A stretch of 58,143 nucleotides of DNA, from NCBI GenBank assembly GCA_030043595.1, contig JASHXJ010000034.1, positions 1-58,143 on the forward strand, given 5' to 3'. Source of the DNA: Trebonia sp. Its GTDB lineage: Bacteria > Actinomycetota > Actinomycetes > Streptosporangiales > Streptosporangiaceae. Position 1 is the stretch's first letter. Each line of letters opens with the position of its first letter. Shown here one piece after another: positions 1 to 8,139 of this stretch. The notes beneath the pieces were generated by a model. It saw only the letters and a list, made by a program, of their open reading frames with translations, did no database searches and was not told the DNA's origin. A program made the translations under genes and the position numbers.

Positions 1-7
1 GACGACG

Positions 8-1831
8 CTAATCCAAGCACAGATCGTATACGATCCCCGGACCTGGGCGGCCCTCACGGTCGAGCCCGCGCTTTTTGTAGTAGGCGTCGATCATCGCCCG
101 CAGCCGCTGCGCGGTAAGGGTGGCCACCCGGCCCGAGGGCGGGGTGAGCGGCTCGTTCAGCAGGCGGTCGGGCAGCCAGTCGTCTGACGGCTGCCAGCCC
201 TCGCGAATGTTGTAGACCCGTTTGGCCAGCACGATCCGGCGGGCGGTCGCGCGCAGCTCGTCGGCGGTCACGTCCCAGCCGGTGACCGACGCCAGCAAGG
301 CCGCCCATTCGCCGAACGGGTCGGTGAACACGCCGCGCAGGAACTTGCACAAGATCAGCGAGTCCATGATCGCGGCCCGGTCCTCGGTCTCGATCGCGGC
401 CGCCACGTGCGCGTCGCCGCCGTCCAGCCGGTCCAGGTCACCGGACAGGTCGGCCTCGTAGGCGCCGGACCTGTTGTGATCCGCGCCCCTGGCGTTCACC
501 GCGAGGCCCAGGGCCATGGAGTGCAGCGTGCGGGGCTCGTAGCCCGGCATCTCCAGCCCCTTCACATGAGGAGCGAAGGCCGCAGAGCCACCACCGACCG
601 CTGCGGATGCTCGTCGTGAACCCTCGCCGAGCAGGGACCCGAGCGCCGTGCTGCCAGCGCCGATCTCGTCCAGGGCGCGCGCCACGGCGGCGGAGTCGCC
701 GAACCGCAGCCAGGGCGCGTCGATCAGGCCGCGCTGCGCGCACTCCATCGCCCACGCGATCGTCCCGCCCGCGGAGATCGTGTCGATGCCCAGGTCGTCG
801 CAGCGGGCGCTCGCGGCGAGGACCGCTTCGGGATCGCTGACCCCGCACATCGGCCCGAGCGCGAAGACGTTCTCGTACTCCACCCGGGCCTTCTTGCCGC
901 TGCCGACGCGGTAGATGTGCTCGCAGCCGATGGTGCAGGACGCGCAGCTGCTGCGGGCGACCCGGCGCATGCCCTCCACCCCGGCCGGCATCCCGGGCTC
1001 CGGCGCGGCGCCCAGGCGCTCGGCGCCCTCGAACGTCGCGACCTGGAAGTTCCGCGTGGGCAGCGTGCTGATCGCGTTGAACGCTAGGAGGTTGGCGAGC
1101 GTGCCAAGCTCCCGGTACTTCGCCGTGGCCGGGCCGAACGATCGCTGCCGCAGGTCCCTGGCCGCCGCCAGCACCGCGCCCGGGTCGGCGACCGAGACCT
1201 TTCCCGCCGCGCGGACCGCGATCGCCTTCAGGTTCTTGGCGCCCATCACGGCGCCGAGCCCGCCGCGGCCGGCGTGCCGCCCGTCGTGGGAGATCGTGGC
1301 GTACCGCACACCGTTCTCCCCGCCGGGGCCGATCGCCGCTACCCGCCAGCCGCGCCCGAGTTCGGCCCGCAGCCTCTTGTCGGCGTCGGCGGCGGGGAGG
1401 CCCGCGAGCTGCCGCGCGTCGATCAGCCGCGTGCCGTCACCGTCGATGAGCAGCACCGACGGCGAAGCCGCCCGGCCGCGGACGACGATCGCGTCGTGGC
1501 CGGTGAGCTTGCCTGCGATCGCGAACTGGCTGGAGGCGAGCGCGTCGGTCAGCAGCCCGGTCAGCGGGGACTTGGCCACCACGGCGAACTTCGCGCTCGT
1601 CGTCAGCGGCGTCCCGACCAGCGGGGAGAACACGAACGCGAGCGGCGAACCGGGGCCGAGCGGGTCCGCGCCCGGCGTGCCGAGTCGGTGCAGCAGCCAG
1701 ACGCCGAGGCCAGCGCCGCCGATGTAGCCGCGCAGGATGTCATCGGGCAGCGGCAGGGTCTGCGCCGTCCCCGTCGTCGCGTCAACGACGAGCGCCTGTC
1801 CGAAGTACCCGCCGGGCGGCGTGCTCACCAC
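8..1831 (-). CDS. Aldehyde:ferredoxin oxidoreductase family protein (W/Mo-pterin, 4Fe-4S)
   Basis: 607-aa ORF with AOR motifs: GRGGLGAVMGAKNLKAI, CxxCxxxC (CASCTIGC), EYE, DxxGxD (DDLGIDTIS) and distal Cys in SLILCKF. Confidence 0.93.
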   Translation of the reverse strand: MVSTPPGGYFGQALVVDATTGTAQTLPLPDDILRGYIGGAGLGVWLLHRLGTPGADPLGPGSPLAFVFSPLVGTPLTTSAKFAVVAKSPLTGLLTDALASSQFAIAGKLTGHDAIVVRGRAASPSVLLIDGDGTRLIDARQLAGLPAADADKRLRAELGRGWRVAAIGPGGENGVRYATISHDGRHAGRGGLGAVMGAKNLKAIAVRAAGKVSVADPGAVLAAARDLRQRSFGPATAKYRELGTLANLLAFNAISTLPTRNFQVATFEGAERLGAAPEPGMPAGVEGMRRVARSSCASCTIGCEHIYRVGSGKKARVEYENVFALGPMCGVSDPEAVLAASARCDDLGIDTISAGGTIAWAMECAQRGLIDAPWLRFGDSAAVARALDEIGAGSTALGSLLGEGSRRASAAVGGGSAAFAPHVKGLEMPGYEPRTLHSMALGLAVNARGADHNRSGAYEADLSGDLDRLDGGDAHVAAAIETEDRAAIMDSLILCKFLRGVFTDPFGEWAALLASVTGWDVTADELRATARRIVLAKRVYNIREGWQPSDDWLPDRLLNEPLTPPSGRVATLTAQRLRAMIDAYYKKRGLDREGRPGPGIVYDLCLD

Positions 1832-1835
1832 GTAG

Positions 1836-1846
1836 TCATGCTACGG
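1836..1846 (-). promoter_or_regulatory. Putative -10 box (TAGCAT within CCGTAGCATGA) of a leaderless AOR transcript
   Basis: TANNNT hexamer 6 nt before the GTG start and no Shine-Dalgarno. The same 11-mer occurs at the same spacing before mobA (3283-3293). Confidence 0.55.
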
Positions 1847-1987
1847 CCCGCCGAGGCCCGGCCCCGGTTGGCGCCGGCCGCACCGTGTCCCCTGCGGGCA
1901 GGATAAGAGCAAGACCATTCTTCCGAACGAACAGTGGCGACTGCCTCGCCGAACCCGCCTGCCGCCGCCGCCGTGCGTGATCGAGTC

Positions 1988-2068
1988 GTAGGTCTTCCCA
2001 GAAAGAGCGTGTAAGTCTTCCCAGATTCGGTCGGTAGCTCTTCCCGCAAGAAGGCTGTAAGTCTTCCT
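1988..2068 (+). repeat. Four direct repeats GTARSTCTTCCY with an exact 23-bp period
   Basis: Copies start at 1988 (GTAGGTCTTCCC), 2011 (GTAAGTCTTCCC), 2034 (GTAGCTCTTCCC) and 2057 (GTAAGTCTTCCT). Confidence 0.85.
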
Positions 2069-2070
2069 GG

Positions 2071-2375
2071 ACGTTCGCCGTCGGTGAGATCCTCAAGCAG
2101 GTCAGCTGGGCAGATGAGGTGATCACGGCGTCCCACTTCCGCACCGAGACCGGTGAGGAGGTCGACCTCGTTCTGGAGACCTGGGACGGCAGAGTCGCCG
2201 GATTCGAGGTCAAGGCCGGCACCAGGATCAGTGACCGCGACCTGAAGGGGCTTCGCCTGCTGCGCGACCGTCTCGGTGACAGGTTCGTGGGCGGGTTCGT
2301 TCTCAACCTCGGGGAACTCACGTACCGCAAGGAAGACAAGATCACGATAATGCCGCTCAGCGCCCTGTGGTCATT
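2071..2375 (+). pseudogene. C-terminal remnant of an AAA+/DUF4143 ATPase (PD-(D/E)xK-like tail)
   Basis: TFAVGEILKQVSW...HFRTETGEEVDLVLE...GFEVKAG...LRDRLGDRFVGGFVL...PLSALW. The ATPase domain is absent and the frame runs on into the convergent mobA. Confidence 0.8.
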
Positions 2376-2387
2376 ACCGAAGCCGCC

Positions 2388-3278
2388 TCAGCCGCCAGCG
2401 TCCGCGGAGATGAAGAAGACGGTGTCCCCGGCGGCCAGCGGGGTCGTGCCATCGCGGGTGATCTGGTCGCCGTTCAGTGCCGCGGCCACGTGCCTGTCGA
2501 ACGCCAGGTCCACCGCGGACGCCGCCTCCTGCACCGTGGCGGCGCGGATCGCCTGCGGGCCCCCCTGCCGCGCGGCGCCGGGGGCGCTCCTGGCGACCGC
2601 CCCGAACAGCCGCACGGTCACCTCTGGCGCGGGTCGTGCCCGGGCCGCCGCGTAGTCGGCGGGCTCGTTGACGTTGATCACCGAGTCCAGCTCGGGGTCG
2701 AGCGCGGCGAGCACCGGGTCGGTCTTCAGCGCCGCCTCGTCCAGCCGCGTGACGACGCACTGCTCGAAGAGGAAGGCCGGGCGCAGCCGGTCCTCCTTCG
2801 CCAGGCGCTCGGCGGTCTCAGCGAGGCTGACCCGGTAGGCGGCCGCGAGCGGCTGCGGATAGCCGCGCGCGACCGGCAGCGCCACGTCGGCACCGTCGTC
2901 GGCCACCGCGCGCAGCACCCGCCGGACGAACGCCGGGTGCAGGAACGGCATGTCGGTGGAGCTCACGAAGGCGGCTTCGGCCTGACCGCCAGGACCGCCG
3001 AGCCCGGCTAGGGCGGCGAGGGCGGCGAGGCCCGCCGCGATCCCCTGCACCGGTCCCTTGCCCTCGCGCGGGTCGTCCACGACCACGGTGTTCGGCGGCA
3101 GGTCCGGCAGTTCCTGGCCGGCCGCGCGTACCACGACGACCGGGCCGTCGGCCGCCCGCGCCAGGATGCCGACCGTCCTGCGCAGCAGCGTGGAGCCGTG
3201 CCACTCCAGGGCCGCCTTCGGCGTGCCCATCCGCGAGGACCGCCCGCCGGCCAGCACTACGCCCGCGAAAGCCGCCAC
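2388..3278 (-). CDS. mobA: Molybdenum cofactor guanylyltransferase fused to a C-terminal ThiS/MoaD-like domain
   Basis: N-terminal VVLAGGRSSRMGTPKA, GP..GI, DMPF, QPLAAAY and NVN motifs. The C-terminal ~80 aa look ubiquitin-like and end in ADAGG. Confidence 0.88.
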   Translation of the reverse strand: MAAFAGVVLAGGRSSRMGTPKAALEWHGSTLLRRTVGILARAADGPVVVVRAAGQELPDLPPNTVVVDDPREGKGPVQGIAAGLAALAALAGLGGPGGQAEAAFVSSTDMPFLHPAFVRRVLRAVADDGADVALPVARGYPQPLAAAYRVSLAETAERLAKEDRLRPAFLFEQCVVTRLDEAALKTDPVLAALDPELDSVINVNEPADYAAARARPAPEVTVRLFGAVARSAPGAARQGGPQAIRAATVQEAASAVDLAFDRHVAAALNGDQITRDGTTPLAAGDTVFFISADAGG

Positions 3279-3282
3279 ACTT

Positions 3283-3293
3283 TCATGCTACGG
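3283..3293 (-). promoter_or_regulatory. Putative -10 box (CCGTAGCATGA) of a leaderless mobA transcript
   Basis: Identical to the element before AOR, with the same 4-nt gap to GTG. Confidence 0.55.
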
Positions 3294-3361
3294 CTACCGC
3301 GCCCCGAGGCTGAGCGACCGGCGCTCTGCTCGTTTGCCGCGCCGAGCCGGGGTTTCCCCGG

Positions 3362-3682
3362 CTAGTGACGCGAGTCTTGCTGCCGCTTCCCAGCGTCGCG
3401 CCAGCTTTCCCGGGTGATTTTCCTGACCCGTCCGGAACCGGCGTCCGGGTCGGCGGCATCCGGGCCGAAGGGGCCGAGGTCAGCGGCGCCCAGGTCATTG
3501 TCGCCGTTCAGCTCGAACTCGTCCTCGTCCGGCTCGTCCGGACTCACGCCACCATCGCCGGACGGCTGACAGATGGGCCGCCGCAGACCTTGCCGGTGTT
3601 CTGGCTTGCGGCCCTGCGTGTCGTCGACGTCTTCGTCTCGGGACTTCGCATGCGGGTCATGCCTTGCCGTGTGCTGGCTCAT
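3362..3682 (-). CDS. Hypothetical acidic, low-complexity protein (106 aa)
   Basis: ATG preceded by GGAGGG; D/E-rich; no family recognised. Confidence 0.4.
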   Translation of the reverse strand: MSQHTARHDPHAKSRDEDVDDTQGRKPEHRQGLRRPICQPSGDGGVSPDEPDEDEFELNGDNDLGAADLGPFGPDAADPDAGSGRVRKITRESWRDAGKRQQDSRH

Positions 3683-3964
3683 GACTTCCCTCCGCTGCCG
3701 GCTGTCTGCGGAGCCGACTCGGATTACCTGCCCGGTCCGACTGCGCCTTAACACTAGGAATGGGAGATTAACCGGCCCTGCGTTAGCCCGGCTACTCAGC
3801 CCAGTCGAGCTGGTCTTTCGCTAGTACGCTATGCCGAAGGCTGCGTGAAACAGGTGCTCAGACATGCGGGAAACGCGTATTGAGGTGCGCGGAGAACAGG
3901 TGCCATCGGCCGTGTGAGTACTTGTACGTACCTCCGATGCACGTCACCTGGCCTGGCCCGCCGC

Positions 3965-4077
3965 GGACAACGAGACCGGCAAGGCGTTCGCCGCGGAATC
4001 ATCTTGTACACCGGCCCGCACGTTTCCCCGTTATCGACCGCATCATCGCCGCGCTAGTCTCCGCGCTCTGGACGTAG
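3965..4077 (+). pseudogene. Second, frameshifted C-terminal DUF4143 ATPase remnant
   Basis: Across frames it reads ETGKAF / IILYTGPHVSPL / DRIIAALVSALWT*, matching the same family tail. Confidence 0.55.
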
Positions 4078-4284
4078 CCAAGCCCGACCTCGCCGACGAC
4101 TCCAGCAAGCAGGTCAGCCGAAGAGCTCTTGGAGAACCGCGGCGGACCTCGGCAGCACGCAAGATCCATAGCGCACGGAGTACCTGGCCGTGGCTAAATT
4201 CACGACGAAAACTGGGAGCTCTGAGTCCTGCCGCCCAGGATGCCATGTTCTGCCGGTGCAGGGCAGCGCGCGAACCTGTCGTGA

Positions 4285-4319
4285 TTGCATAGTCGCAGCA
4301 TTAGCTGCATAATAATGCA
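4285..4319 (+). promoter_or_regulatory. Toxin-antitoxin promoter/operator
   Basis: Inverted repeats GCAGC-N4-GCTGC and TGCAT-N4-ATGCA overlap a CATAAT -10 box just before the ATG (leaderless). Confidence 0.65.
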
Positions 4320-4556
4320 ATGAGTGTGTCGATCACTGTCCGGGATGTTCCCGACGAGACGCGCAACGAACTCGCGGCGCGTGCCGCCCTCACCGGGCGG
4401 TCGCTTCAGGAGTACCTGCGGGCCAAGCTCATCGAGCTCGCAGCACAGCCTGACGCCGAGGCGCTGGTGGCGCGCATACGAGCGCGCAAGGCCGCTCATC
4501 CTGCCTCGCTCACTGCGGAGCAGATTCTCGCCTACCGCGACGTGGACCGCCGGTGA
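4320..4556 (+). CDS. FitA-like ribbon-helix-helix antitoxin
   Basis: SITVRDVPDETRNELAARAALTGRSLQEYLR; GTGA overlap with the PIN gene. Confidence 0.9.
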   Translation: MSVSITVRDVPDETRNELAARAALTGRSLQEYLRAKLIELAAQPDAEALVARIRARKAAHPASLTAEQILAYRDVDRR

Positions 4557-4960
4557 CCCTGGTCGTCGATGCGTCCATGGTCGTCGCAGCGCTGGTCGAT
4601 AGCGGCACGGACGGCAGGTGGGCCGAAGCCCTGCTCAACAGCGACTCGCTAGCGGCCCCTCACCTGCTGGCGGCGGAGGCCGCGAACATCCTGCGCCGCT
4701 CCGTCGCGGCTGGCGCCATTTCCGCGGAGCAGGCATCACTGGCCCACGCAGACCTGCTTGACCTGCGCGTGGAACTGTTCCCCTACGCGCCCTTCGCACC
4801 ACGGGTCTGGGAACTCCGCGAGAACGTGACCTGCTGCGACGCCTGGTACGTGGCGGTAGCCGAAACCCTCGGCGCGCCGCTCGCCACACTGGACGCCCGG
4901 CTCGCGAAGGCACCAGGTCCCCGCTGCCGATTCGTGGTCAGCGCACGTCCCCCGAACTAA
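4553..4960 (+). CDS. vapC: VapC/PIN-domain toxin
   Basis: LVVDAS...APHLLAAEAANILRR...DAWYVAVAE...LATLDARL. Confidence 0.92.
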   Translation: MTLVVDASMVVAALVDSGTDGRWAEALLNSDSLAAPHLLAAEAANILRRSVAAGAISAEQASLAHADLLDLRVELFPYAPFAPRVWELRENVTCCDAWYVAVAETLGAPLATLDARLAKAPGPRCRFVVSARPPN

Positions 4961-5399
4961 GGAACTGAGAAACAAAGCGCGATCCGCCGGCTAACCACAG
5001 CTCGCCGGACACGATGTCTGCGAGCGTGACGGTCTCCAGGACAGTTGGCCCGAAAGCGCGCAGCGCGATCCACACCCGCCGCAGCGGCTCGGCTGGCCCT
5101 GGGTAGGTCACGTTCTCCGGGAGCTCGCCGCGCGCGCTGGGGAACGGGCCGCCGACGGCCCGGATAATGTCGGCCAGGGAGATCTCGGACGCGGGCCTGG
5201 CGAGCCAGAAGCCGCCGTCCGCCCCGCGCTGGCCGCGGACCAGCCCGGTGCGGCGCAACTGGGTCAGGACAGTCTCAATGAACTCGCCAGGGATATCCTG
5301 CGCGCGGGCGAGCTGCTCCCGGGTGACGCGGCTGTCGGATGCGGCGGCCAGCTCGACCGCCGCGCGCAGCGCGCAGTCGGTACGTGCGGACACTCGCAT
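4938..5399 (-). CDS. Rrf2 family transcriptional regulator (C-terminus possibly eroded)
   Basis: MRVSARTDCALRA...LV.GQRG..GGFWLARPASEISLADIIRAV.GP; the tail overlaps the toxin 3' end. Confidence 0.88.
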   Translation of the reverse strand: MRVSARTDCALRAAVELAAASDSRVTREQLARAQDIPGEFIETVLTQLRRTGLVRGQRGADGGFWLARPASEISLADIIRAVGGPFPSARGELPENVTYPGPAEPLRRVWIALRAFGPTVLETVTLADIVSGELWLAGGSRFVSQFLSSGDVR

Positions 5400-5436
5400 A
5401 ATGGCTATTATCCATCTTCCCGATCAGAATGGTGCA

Positions 5437-5643
5437 CTATGCGGTCTCTGCCTTCGGCGGTCGGCCTGGACCCCGCTGTGGCTCGGCTCGGCGCGGCATC
5501 CTGCCCGCCTCGGTGAGGGCCTTGCGGAGCAGGAACTCGATCTGGGCGTTCGTGCTGCGCAGGTCATCGGACGCCCAGTGAGCAAGAGCGTCGTGGACGG
5601 CGGGATCGAGTCGCAGCAGGAGCGTCTTGCGTTCGGTTGCCAT
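5437..5643 (-). CDS. Small RHH/Arc-like DNA-binding protein associated with SPFH genes
   Basis: ERKTLLLRLDPAVHDALAHWASDDLRSTNAQIEFLLR...GRP. Confidence 0.85.
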   Translation of the reverse strand: MATERKTLLLRLDPAVHDALAHWASDDLRSTNAQIEFLLRKALTEAGRMPRRAEPQRGPGRPPKAETA

Positions 5644-5657
5644 GGTCAGGGCGACTT

Positions 5658-6575
5658 CTACTGGTAGAGCGTGCCCGTGTTCACCACCGGCTGCGCGGCA
5701 TGCTCGCTGCATAGCACGACCAGGAGGTTGCTGACCATGGCGGCCCTGCGCTCCTCGTCGAGGTCGACCAGGCCGTCGCTGGAGAGCCGGGCCAGGGCGT
5801 CCTCCACCATGCCGAGGGCCCCCTCGACGATGCGCTTCCTGGCAGCTACGACAGCTTCCGCCTGCTGCCGGCGCAGCATCGCCTGAGCGATCTCCGGTGC
5901 ATAGGACAGGCGGCTGATCCTGGACTCCCGCACGCGCACGCCAGCCGGAGCGACCCGATCCGCGATCTCCGCACTGAGCTCGGCGGTGATCTCCTGCTGG
6001 CTCTCGCGCAGTGAGCGCGTGCCCTCCTGGCGGGAATCGTAGGCATAGCTGGTCGCCACGTGCCTGACCGCGGTCTCCGCCTGGACCGCCACGAACTTCT
6101 CCAGATTATCGACCCCGAATGCGGCCTTGGCGGTGTCCGCCACCTCCCAGACGACGACCGCGGCGATCTCGATCGGGTTGCCGTCTGCGTCGTTCACCTT
6201 GGCGATCGGCGTCTCGTCACTGCGAATCCGGGTAGAGATGGCGCGCTTGGTGCATAGCGGGACGACCCAGCGCAGCCCGGTCGTCCGGATGGTGCCGATA
6301 TAGCGGCCCTGGAGCAGGATCACCCGGGCCTGCCCAGGGCGCACCTGGGTGAGGCCTTGCAGGACCGGGATCGAGATCGCCGCGATCACGACCCCGCCCC
6401 AGATCGTGCCGCCGTCCTTGCTGCTGATGCCTTGGGTCAGCAGAACGATGCCCAAGATCAGCAAGGCGGAGCCGAGGACCAGGATCAGCCAGCCGTCAGG
6501 CCACGGAGCGATCTTCTCCCGCAGCTCGGTGTCCGGGCTTCCGCCTTCGCCCGGGTCCTGCATCGCCATGACCAT
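5658..6575 (-). CDS. SPFH/band 7 domain membrane protein
   Basis: Two N-terminal TM helices; KVNDADGNPIEIAAVVVW, LSYAPEIAQAMLRRQQA, C-terminal QPVVNTGTLY. Confidence 0.92.
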   Translation of the reverse strand: MVMAMQDPGEGGSPDTELREKIAPWPDGWLILVLGSALLILGIVLLTQGISSKDGGTIWGGVVIAAISIPVLQGLTQVRPGQARVILLQGRYIGTIRTTGLRWVVPLCTKRAISTRIRSDETPIAKVNDADGNPIEIAAVVVWEVADTAKAAFGVDNLEKFVAVQAETAVRHVATSYAYDSRQEGTRSLRESQQEITAELSAEIADRVAPAGVRVRESRISRLSYAPEIAQAMLRRQQAEAVVAARKRIVEGALGMVEDALARLSSDGLVDLDEERRAAMVSNLLVVLCSEHAAQPVVNTGTLYQ

Positions 6576-6645
6576 CTGCCGCTCTCCCGTCCGGTTCCAG
6601 TGTTCCCGATGCCGTCTGGACGATACTACGTCACAATCATAGCAT

Positions 6646-6657
6646 TATGATATCATA
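6646..6657. promoter_or_regulatory. Perfect palindrome TATGATATCATA, probable operator of the SPFH-RHH operon
   Basis: 12-bp palindrome in an AT-rich patch ~70 bp upstream of the SPFH start. Confidence 0.6.
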
Positions 6658-6712
6658 TTTTAGGCACGCGCCCACGAGCCGGCGACGATGGGAGTGCTGG
6701 CCGGGAGCGCTG

Positions 6713-7156
6713 TCAGGCGTACTTCTGCACCATGGCGCCGAGATTTGGCAGCGCGGCCTCGATGTGCTTACCGGCGCCGCCGCGCACCGCGCCGTACGCC
6801 TTGAGAATCACGGCCCGCTGTCCGGTGGCCGCCATGGTGTCGGTCACCGACAGCAGCGCCTGCGACACTTCCTCGGGACGCTTGGCCAGGTAGTCGCCGA
6901 AGTCCGCGCCCCCCGACGCGGTGAAGTCTGCCCAGTAAGGCTGCAGCTTGTCGGCCATGTCCGGGAGCATCGCCTCGATCATCTCCTGGTAGTAGCCGGG
7001 CGCGAACGTGGTCACCGCCTTGTAGGCGACCTTGACCGCGGTCCCGGAGATGCCGGACTTGGCGGCAAGCTCCTGATCGACAAGCGCGCGGCAGTTGGCG
7101 ACTACCTGCGGCTGGACGTCGGGGGCGAGCAGTATCTCGTGCAGCGTGGTGGCCAT
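6713..7156 (-). CDS. Conserved hypothetical helical protein (DUF6918-like)
   Basis: 147 aa with AAGGAG RBS and high-GC3 codon use; family recalled from the KSG.SG.AVK.AY motif. Confidence 0.75.
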   Translation of the reverse strand: MATTLHEILLAPDVQPQVVANCRALVDQELAAKSGISGTAVKVAYKAVTTFAPGYYQEMIEAMLPDMADKLQPYWADFTASGGADFGDYLAKRPEEVSQALLSVTDTMAATGQRAVILKAYGAVRGGAGKHIEAALPNLGAMVQKYA

Positions 7157-7405
7157 GGGGATTCTGTCTCCTTATGGTCAGTAACAGAGGGCTTTCCGCG
7201 GGCAACGGTACTGACGAACGCCCGCCGGCTCGCGCCGTTTCACCTACTGGTTACCTGCGTGTCCCTCCGGGCGGGGTTTCAGGACAACCCATCATCCCGA
7301 ACGGACCGTGGCGCCTCCCCGCCCGCGCGCCTCCGCCGCCGCGGGGCCGGCGTGTGCAAGGCTGACTGCCGCATACGTCCGCTGTTGAGGCACGGAGGGG
7401 GCCTG

Positions 7406-8134
7406 ATGCTCGGCAGGGATCACGCGCTGAGCGGAGCGCTCACATTCGCCGCTCTCGGCCCGACGCTGCACGTGACCGGATCGCACCTCGCAGCGGGCGT
7501 GATCCTTACCGCCGGGGCGGGCGTGCTGCCGGACATCGACCACCCGGACAGCACGGTGGCACGATCGTTCGGCTTCCTGACGCAGACGTTCGCCTGGATC
7601 GTGGCCCGGATCTCCGGCGGGCACCGGCACGGCACGCACAGCATCGTGGGCATCGCCGTGTTCAGCGCCGGCGCGCTGGCCGCAGGCCGCTACCAGCTGT
7701 CCGCTCCGCAGCTCGCAGGCCACGCCGCCTTCTCCTGGCACCTGGTCCCCGCCGCCCTGTATCTCGCGCTGCTCTACTCCGCGGCGCTGCGCGCGGTGCA
7801 CGTCGGCGGGCATCACGGCGATCTGCTCGGCATCGGCGGTGCGGTCGTCACCTGCTATACGCGCTGGGACCTGGTACAGATCCCGCTAGCTGGCTGGCAC
7901 GTCCCGCTGCTGGCGCTCGGGACCGCACTCGGCTGCGCGGCGCACATCGCCGGCGACGAACTGACCCATGGCGGCTGCCCGATCTTCTGGCCGGTCAGCG
8001 AGCACGAGTTCCACCTGCTGCCACGCGCGCTGCAGTTCACCACGGCCAAGCTCAGCGAGAGCTGGATCATCTTCCCGCTGCTCACGGGCTCGCTCGTGCT
8101 CGCGGTCTGGCACGCCACCGGTCATCCGCTATAA
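7406..8134 (+). CDS. Membrane-bound metal-dependent hydrolase (YdjM-like)
   Basis: MLGRDH, LPDIDHP, HRHGTHS, HIAGD.LT..G.P; GGAGGG RBS. Confidence 0.88.
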   Translation: MLGRDHALSGALTFAALGPTLHVTGSHLAAGVILTAGAGVLPDIDHPDSTVARSFGFLTQTFAWIVARISGGHRHGTHSIVGIAVFSAGALAAGRYQLSAPQLAGHAAFSWHLVPAALYLALLYSAALRAVHVGGHHGDLLGIGGAVVTCYTRWDLVQIPLAGWHVPLLALGTALGCAAHIAGDELTHGGCPIFWPVSEHEFHLLPRALQFTTAKLSESWIIFPLLTGSLVLAVWHATGHPL

Positions 8135-8139
8135 CGCTG

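Noticed and set aside
1988-2068. Repeat-spacer pattern as a CRISPR array
   Set aside because: 12-bp repeats with 11-bp spacers are far too short, and there are no cas genes in the window.
6647-7405. Long N-terminal extension of the 495-aa ORF
   Set aside because: It is the antisense shadow of 6713-7156; the hydrolase starts at 7406 after an RBS.
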